Source: Blastocladiella emersonii ATCC 22665
Lineage: Eukaryota > Fungi > Blastocladiomycota
Length of the DNA: 64,000 nt
Assembly: GCA_025594325.1 (NCBI GenBank)
Contig: JANHCV010000015.1
Location: 558,001-622,000, forward strand
Reading direction: 5' to 3'
Shown here: positions 57,622 to 64,000 of the stretch, piece by piece
How the letters are laid out: every line of letters starts with the position of its first letter
How positions within the stretch are numbered: the first letter of the stretch is position 1
Notes under the pieces: generated by a model
What the model was told of the DNA's origin: nothing
The model's input: the letters and a program-made list of their open reading frames with translations, nothing else
Database searches by the model: none
Position numbers and translations under genes: made by a program

Positions 57622-59616
57622 TCACGGCGCCTGCTGCATCAACGTCTCCACGACCGCCGACAGGGAGACGTTATCCCTCCCCTCCCCGCCCGCCGCGCCC
57701 GTTGCGTCGCCAGGGACCACGACGACGCCGCGGCCCAGCGCCCGCTCGCGCGCCACCCACACCTTCTTCTTCTTCTTGCCCGCGGCCGCCGCCGTCGCCT
57801 GCGCGTACGCGACCACGACCCGCGCACCCCCGGTTTCGGCGGACACGCGCGGCTCGACCGACCCGACCAGCCGCTCCACGACCCCGCGCGGCACGTCTTC
57901 CGAGACGCCCGCGGGCCACCGCGCCGACTGCGAGCCGACCGCGTACCCGGCCTTGGTCAGCGTGTCGGAGCGGGACGCGCGCGGGTGGGTGTACCCGGCG
58001 AGCGGGGACGCGAGCAGCCGGTCCGCGAGCTGGGCGATGGTGGCGGGGGAGGGTTCGGTCGCGGAGAGGTAAACGGCGGCGAGGGTGCGCGAGACCGGGA
58101 GGTACGTCCACCACGCGGTCCCGGAAGTGGTCGGGAGGCGGACGGGGTACGTCGCGGGCTGGTCGAACCGCGGGCCGGTGCTGTCGCTCGAGGGTTCCGG
58201 CGCGGGCGGGAGGTCGGCAGACTCGACGTCGCTTGCGGCGGCGACGGACGCCGTCATGGTATCGTCGTCGGTCTCGGTCGCCGCGGGGCTCGGGCTCGGC
58301 GCCGCGTCTTCTCTCGCTGGCGTCGGGGTAGCGGGTGCGGGGGTAGGCGTGCGCCGCGCCGCGTTGCTGATGGCCGAGACGCCCTGCTGGAACCACGCGA
58401 CGATCCCACTACTGGGACTCGCGCTTCCACTGCTGCTGCTCGCGCCGTTGACGCTCGTCGCGAGCGTCGTAGTCGACGGCTGCCGGCGCAGAAGGAGCCC
58501 GGCGATCCGGGACGGGGACGCGGTACTCGTCGTCGCCGCCGATCTCGCCGCTGCCTCCGCCGCCGCCGCCTTCCGCGCCGCCTCCTCGCCTCGCTGCCGC
58601 TCGCCCTCAGCCGCAGCCGCCTGGACGAGCGCGAACTGGACCGCGAGCCACTGCGCGTCGGCGCCGACCCCCGCGGTCGCGTGCAGGACGCCCGCGGGGT
58701 CGGCCGTGTGCACCACGACCATCTCGCCGTCCCCACTTCCCACGATATCCGCGACCGACACCGGTTCCGCGGGGAGGACCACCGGCACGACATGCGGCGC
58801 GACCACCGCCCACGCGCTCAACTCGGGCGTCGTCCGTGGCACCGCGGCCGCGAGGTCCACGCACACGCGCTGGACGGCGGGCACGGGGTCGACGGACTCC
58901 TCGTCGTCGTCGCGGCGGCGGAACCCCGGCGCCGCGAGGTGTGCGGGCACGCCGCCGTCGGGAGCGGCGAGGAGGAGGAGCGCGGCGCGCGTGTACGCGG
59001 CGCGGGCCCAGGCCGCGACCGCGGGCTCGGAGAGGTCCCGGTACTCGACGGTCGACGGGCGCGTGCGTGATCCGCCGTGCGTCGACCGGCGCACGATGAA
59101 GGACGAGTTGAGCGAGATGAGGAGCGTCCACGGGAGGTCCGGGGCGCGGACGGAGAGGGTGAGTTGCCGACGTGTGCGGAAGGCTGTGTGCGATACGGCG
59201 GGCCATGGCGGGGTCGGGGAGGTTGGGGAGGTCGGCGCGGCAGCAGCCGGGGTTGGTGTAGATGGGAGCGCGGTGGGCGACGGGTCGATGGAGAGCGCGG
59301 CGATCCCCGATGAAGACCCGTCGTCGTCGTTGTTCTCGGAACCGCTACTGGAGCTCCCGCTCGCGGGCGACGCGCCGTCGCGCCCGTCAGCGCCGTCGAC
59401 CGGTGCGCGATCGAGCGACACGGCCGCCGCCGCCGTGGGGACCGCAGGCAGCCCGCCGAAGGTGTCGCCGAGCGAGGCAATGGCGGCGGCGACGCCGAGG
59501 TTGCCGAGCTTGCGGTTGCGGTCGTGCGAGTGCGGCGCGTAGCCGAGCAGCGTGTTGGTCGGCGCGTGCACGAGCGCGAGGTAGTCGAGCGAGTGCGCCG
59601 TGTACGTCGATTCCAT
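57622..59616 (-). CDS. Hypothetical protein, possibly a CCZ1/INTU-type longin-domain protein
   Basis: Single-exon ORF from MESTYTAH. TLLGY...RKLGNLGVAAAIASLGDTF and VEYRDLSEPAVAAWARAAYTRAALL loosely resemble the CCZ1 first longin domain. Confidence 0.4.
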   Translation of the reverse strand: MESTYTAHSLDYLALVHAPTNTLLGYAPHSHDRNRKLGNLGVAAAIASLGDTFGGLPAVPTAAAAVSLDRAPVDGADGRDGASPASGSSSSGSENNDDDGSSSGIAALSIDPSPTALPSTPTPAAAAPTSPTSPTPPWPAVSHTAFRTRRQLTLSVRAPDLPWTLLISLNSSFIVRRSTHGGSRTRPSTVEYRDLSEPAVAAWARAAYTRAALLLLAAPDGGVPAHLAAPGFRRRDDDEESVDPVPAVQRVCVDLAAAVPRTTPELSAWAVVAPHVVPVVLPAEPVSVADIVGSGDGEMVVVHTADPAGVLHATAGVGADAQWLAVQFALVQAAAAEGERQRGEEAARKAAAAEAAARSAATTSTASPSRIAGLLLRRQPSTTTLATSVNGASSSSGSASPSSGIVAWFQQGVSAISNAARRTPTPAPATPTPAREDAAPSPSPAATETDDDTMTASVAAASDVESADLPPAPEPSSDSTGPRFDQPATYPVRLPTTSGTAWWTYLPVSRTLAAVYLSATEPSPATIAQLADRLLASPLAGYTHPRASRSDTLTKAGYAVGSQSARWPAGVSEDVPRGVVERLVGSVEPRVSAETGGARVVVAYAQATAAAAGKKKKKVWVARERALGRGVVVVPGDATGAAGGEGRDNVSLSAVVETLMQQAP

Positions 59617-59725
59617 TGCAGTCAGTCTGATAAGGGGGAGGGAGAGCGAGGGTTGGTCGCGGCGCGGCGCCTTGGCGTTGAGAGGAGGAGACGCGTCATG
59701 CTCGCCACGTGCACATGTATTATAT

Positions 59726-60721
59726 TCAGTACCGCGCGAACCGCGCACCACGGCGCATGGCCAGCGCCCAGAACGCGAGCCCCGTGAACCCGCCGCCGAG
59801 GTGGCCCGCGACGTCGGTCCCCGCGCCCGTCCGCGTCGCGGCGCGGTACAGGTCGTAGCCCATGAACCCGGCGACACACGCCCACGCGGGGACCGGGACC
59901 ACGAGGAACAGGTAGATGCTCGACGTCGGGAACATGCACGCGTATAAGGCCGCGATCGACATCGTACACCCGCTCGCGCCGAGCGACCCGCGCGGCTGTG
60001 CCGCCGCGAGCATGCGGTCGCCCATCCAGCCGCGCGGCAGCTGCTGGCGCAGGCGGCGCTCGTTGTACTTGGCGTAGGCGAGCGAGGCGGCCGAGGTCCC
60101 GAGCACCGCGAGCCCGTACAGCGTGAGGAACGAGCGCGCGCCCAGCGTCTGGCACACGGTGGTCCCGAACGAGTGCAGCACGAACATGTTGACGAGCAGG
60201 TGGCCAAAGTCGGCGTGGCTGAAGTTGGACGTCACCACGGTCCACGGCCGCGCCGTCGCGTTGGCCCAGTTGAGCAGAAAGTGCGAGTCCATGAACCGCA
60301 TCCACCCGGGGTTGCGGAACTGGCGCAGGTCCTAGACGTTGAGGTTGTTAGCAACGTCGAGGCGCGCACACGGCAAGCCGTATTCACACACCTCGCGCGC
60401 GTACTGCCACAGCGCAAACACGGCGCCGTTGATCCCCAGGATCGCGTACACGGGCGCGTCCGGGTACTCGTCGATGATCGACCGCCGCGCGAACCGCTGC
60501 GGGTTGTACACGCGGTACCCGCGGCGCGCGGGGAGGTACCGGCTGAGCCCCGTTCGCGCCGTCGAGGTTGAGGTGAAGAAGCCGGCCCGCCCAGCGGCCG
60601 CGAGGGGCGAGGGCCGGATCAGTGGCGACGCGACGGCGCGCGACAGCGACGCGGACGTCGCGAACGTGGCCAGGCGGTGGCGGAAGAGCGAGTTCATGGC
60701 GGCGCGTTGCGCGGAGTTCAT
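59726..60721 (-). CDS. PCP1: Mitochondrial rhomboid protease (PCP1/PARL family), one intron
   Basis: Arg/Ser-rich presequence, ILGINGAVFALWQ, WTVVTSNFSH...HLLVNM, catalytic GASG and AGHLGG. Confidence 0.85.
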
Positions 60722-60894
60722 GGGTGGTTGATTGACAGCGCTTAGGGGGAGGGAGGAGAAGCAGGAAGGACCCGGCGGCGTGGTCGCTGGCGTCGGCCAT
60801 CGACCCGACCCCGCGGCCGCAGCAGTGCGTCATCCTCCTCGAGACGCATCAACAACGGCGACGCGCCGCCGCCGGCTCGACACCACCTCACGCA

Positions 60895-61875
60895 ATGAAG
60901 ACAGTCGAGCGCGAGCGCAAGCGCAAGCGCAAGGCCTTTGTCGAGGACGGCCCGCTGCACATGTCGTGCTGCAGCGAGTGCGACCGACGCTTCTCGTACA
61001 ACCGCAACCTCGCGCTCCACCGCAACTGGTGCGAGGCGTACCACCGGTCGCAGGGCAACACCGCGTGGACCCGCCCCGAGCGTCGGCCACGCCAGGCGCC
61101 GGTTTGGCGCGAGTACGAGCGGCGGCAAGCGGAGCGTGAGCGCGAGCGTGCGCAAGAGTCGGAGCCAGAGCCAGAGCCAGACAACCGGCCCGCTCCCAAA
61201 CGTCGCCGACCCCTCAAACCCCCAGCAACCGCGCCACCGGCTCCAGCTCCTGCACCTGCTCCAGTACCAGCAGCAACAAAACCCATGAACATCACGCAGC
61301 AGCCCGCCATCTTCGCCGACCTGCGCCGCCGCGTGGCCGCCGTCGACCCCGCGCTCGCCGGGGACCTGTACCACTCGTCGGGCGGCCTGCCGGACCTCGC
61401 CAAGTCCGCCGAGCTGTCGGACGTGGACGTGTCGGTCGCGTGCGTCGACTTCCACGCGCTGCTCGCGACGCTGCAGCGCGCGTACCCGGACCTGCCCGCG
61501 GGCGCCGCCGTCGCCTTCGACGAGTACGACGCCGACGCCGACTACGCCGTCGTCGCCATCACGGGCGTCTACCCGCGGCCCGTCCACGTCTACGCCGCCA
61601 CCTCGGCGCTCACCGCCGTCGCCCACCGCAGCGTCGAGGTCATGCTCAACGCCAAGTTCCCGCAGCTCGTGCCCATGGCGCTCGCGCTCAAGCGGTTCGC
61701 GGGGATGGGGACGGAGGAGGCGTGGTTCCGCGTCCTCGAGATGCAGGCACCCGCGGGCGCGGGCGAGGCGCCGTGGTACCAGGCCCTGCTCGACCGTGAC
61801 GCCGTCCTCGAGGCCGCTGAGCGGCAGGCCAAGTGGGTCGACGGGTACCTCGCCGACAAGCTGCCCCTCGAGTAA
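60895..61875 (+). CDS. Intronless protein: C2HC/C2H2-like zinc finger fused to a DUF4269-like (nucleotidyltransferase-fold) domain
   Basis: CSECDRRFSYNRNLALHRNWC, a Pro-rich linker, then DPALAG...SDVDVSV...AVAHRSVEVML...LALKRFAGMGTEEAWFRVL...WYQALL, recalled as the DUF4269 pattern. Confidence 0.55.
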   Translation: MKTVERERKRKRKAFVEDGPLHMSCCSECDRRFSYNRNLALHRNWCEAYHRSQGNTAWTRPERRPRQAPVWREYERRQAERERERAQESEPEPEPDNRPAPKRRRPLKPPATAPPAPAPAPAPVPAATKPMNITQQPAIFADLRRRVAAVDPALAGDLYHSSGGLPDLAKSAELSDVDVSVACVDFHALLATLQRAYPDLPAGAAVAFDEYDADADYAVVAITGVYPRPVHVYAATSALTAVAHRSVEVMLNAKFPQLVPMALALKRFAGMGTEEAWFRVLEMQAPAGAGEAPWYQALLDRDAVLEAAERQAKWVDGYLADKLPLE

Positions 61876-62038
61876 GTGATATATAACGCGTTGATTTTGT
61901 ACTGTGTGCTGGGCGGGACTGGAGTGTGAGGTCGCGTTCGACGTCAAGGTCAACTCGCTCTCCTCGGCTCTTGACTGCGACGCGAAGCTCATGTAAACTA
62001 GCCCTCTGCAACTCATCGCAACCAACCTGATCCTGAAC

Positions 62039-63360
62039 ATGCCGTCAACGTGGTGCACCATTGAGTCGACGCCCGGTGCGTGCACCCCTCGCCGCTCGAC
62101 CACGGGCCGTTCTGACGCGGATCGCCTGCGCGCTCAGGCATCTTCCACCACCTCGTCAGCTCCATTGGCGTCAAGGGCGTCACTGTCAAGGAGGTGTTCG
62201 CTCTCGAGCCCGAGGTCGTGCAGTCCATCGGGTACGCGCTGGTGTCGCCCCCGCGCGAGAGCGTCGCTCACTCTTTGGGACTGTAGCGAGCCCCTCGCCT
62301 TCATCTTCTGCTTCCCGATCGAGACCTCTGCCGACCAGCAGCCCGAGAAACCAACGTCGGCCACCAGCACGCCCGCCGTGCCCGACACGCTCTTCTTCGC
62401 GAACCAGGTCATCGCCAACGCGTGCGGCACCCAGGCCGTCCTGCACGCGCTCCTCAACCTCGAGAACCTCTCACCGCACGTCGACCTCGGCCCGACGCTC
62501 ACCGAGTTCCGCGACTTCACAAAGGACATGCGCCCGTCGGCGCGCGGCCTGTGCATCTCCAACTCGCCCACCCTGCGCCGCGTCCACAACGGGTTCGGCC
62601 AGCTGCCCACCGACGAGGAGGTCGGGCTCGACGCTGCGCGCAAGGCCATTGAGCGTGCGGCGAAGCGCGGGAAGCGGAAGCGCGCGCGTGCGGGTGACTC
62701 GGACGAGGAGAGCGAGTTTGACGACGACGAGTCGGACGAGGAAAAGGAGGAGGGCGAGGAGGGCGGCGAGTACATCGCGTACCACTTTGTCGCCTTAGTC
62801 CCGCACGCCGGCGCCGTCTGGGAGCTCGACGGGCTCAAGCTCGCGCCCAAGTGCATCGCGCCCATGCCCAGGCCGTCCGCGGCCAAGCCGTGGTCGTCGC
62901 TCGTCCTGTCCGAGCTCAAGAATCGTATCAAGAAGTACGTCCCACTGTGCTCGCCGTGTCCCGCGCGGTGAACTGACCGTTATGCGTGTAGGTCCGAGTA
63001 CGAAACCTTCTCGCTGCTCATGCTCACGCTCGACCAGCAGCCGATCCTCGAGGCCTCGCTCGCGGCCGCTGCGGCACCAAGCGCGGAACCCGTCGAGGGC
63101 GAGTCGCGCGAGAACCGCGACGCTATCGAGCGCCAGCTCCGCGAGCTCCACGAGGAGCGTGCCGGTTACGACGTACGCTGTTCTCTGTACTCGATGGATC
63201 ACGAACTCACTTGTTCTTGCGGATGTAGCGCGAGCAGGCCCGCGCGCGCGCCAACTACCTCCCCTTCATCGGCGCGTTCCTCGAGCGGCTCGCGGTGCGC
63301 GCGCCCGCCGCCGTCGTCGAGAACATGGTTGACCAGCACATGGAGACGCTCGACCAGTGA
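62039..63360 (+). CDS. UCHL5: Ubiquitin C-terminal hydrolase, UCH37/UCHL5 family (multi-exon)
   Basis: WCTIESTPG, FFANQVIANACGTQA (catalytic Cys), YHFV (His), WELDGLK (Asp), a coiled tail and RANYLPFI. Confidence 0.85.
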
Positions 63361-63515
63361 TTTTGAAGGTGCAGTTTTGAATACAGAGCGAGTCTATACC
63401 CGCAGAGTGAACGCGTCGCTCTCACGGCAGCCGTCCGTTCTCCCCGCGACTTGAACGAAGCCCATGAACCCCGCCGTGTAAAGCGAGCGATACTCCCTGC
63501 AACGCATCTACAACC

Positions 63516-64000
63516 ATGCTGTCGACCGCGATCCCCGTCCTGCCCGGCCACTGCGGCTGCTCGCACGGTCACGACCGAGCTGGAGAGGAGGAGCAGTACC
63601 GCGACCCCGTGCAGCCCGACCCGCTGCCCACCGACACTAGCGACCTCCCCTCCAAGTCCGAAGCCATTGACGCCGTCGACATCTCGCGCCCGCTCTTCTT
63701 CTCATCGCCGCTCCTCCCCTCCGTCGTCCGCGTGCCCCACCTGCCCACCACCCTCCTCTCCCTCGCGCCGACCGCCCCGCTCGCCGCCCTCGTCGCGCAG
63801 TTCAAGGCCGTGCAATCGACCCGCACCGCCGTGACGCGACACGTGCTCGACCCCGCCTTCACCGCGTCCCTGACCCGCAGCGCCGCGGGACCCGACCACG
63901 CCGCGTACGCCGCCAACGAGTACGCGCGCGTCGCGGGCCGCGGGATGGCGGTTCTCGGCCAGGCACACGCCGCGATGCGCAAGTCGGGCTTGCTTCCGCC
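63516..64000 (+). CDS. 5' part of a hypothetical protein, running off the window
   Basis: Open frame from ATG 63516 (MLSTAIPVLPGHCGCSHGHDRAGEEEQY...) to the window end, with GC3-rich codons. Confidence 0.55.
   Translation, partial: MLSTAIPVLPGHCGCSHGHDRAGEEEQYRDPVQPDPLPTDTSDLPSKSEAIDAVDISRPLFFSSPLLPSVVRVPHLPTTLLSLAPTAPLAALVAQFKAVQSTRTAVTRHVLDPAFTASLTRSAAGPDHAAYAANEYARVAGRGMAVLGQAHAAMRKSGLLP

Noticed and set aside
1-64000. tRNA, rRNA or snRNA genes
   Set aside because: No cloverleaf with a T-loop consensus or rRNA-like segment was seen by eye. A covariance-model scan was not run.

Overview
GC-rich, gene-dense eukaryotic DNA with short introns (mostly GTACGY...CTGAC/CTAAC...YAG). It carries flagellar genes (WDR60, CCDC40-like, NME8-like), so the organism is flagellated; a zoosporic fungus such as a blastocladiomycete is my inference. 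About 20 host genes are recognisable, including RRP46, ZGRF1-like helicase, ATG6, FEN1, ESS2, AMACR, THADA, a C2CD6-like gene, NIPA, COQ3, a rhomboid protease and UCH37. Between ATG6 and a minus-strand zinc-finger gene lies a visibly less GC-rich accessory island of about 13 kb (19.7-32.6 kb). It holds four same-strand, apparently intronless paralogues of a coiled-coil + chromo-like-domain + NLS gene family. Three are pseudogenes whose stops are TAG (four) or TGA (one). The fourth is intact but interrupted in its last codons by a 3.8-kb DIRS-type retrotransposon. This element has perfect 98-bp ITRs, an internal complementary region, gag, and RT-RNaseH-adenine methyltransferase, but no recognisable intact tyrosine recombinase. 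Other oddities are a zinc finger fused to a bacterial-type DUF4269-like domain and a huge Q/A/H-rich protein with a small unnamed HTH-like domain. All family assignments come from motif recognition by eye; no database searches were run.
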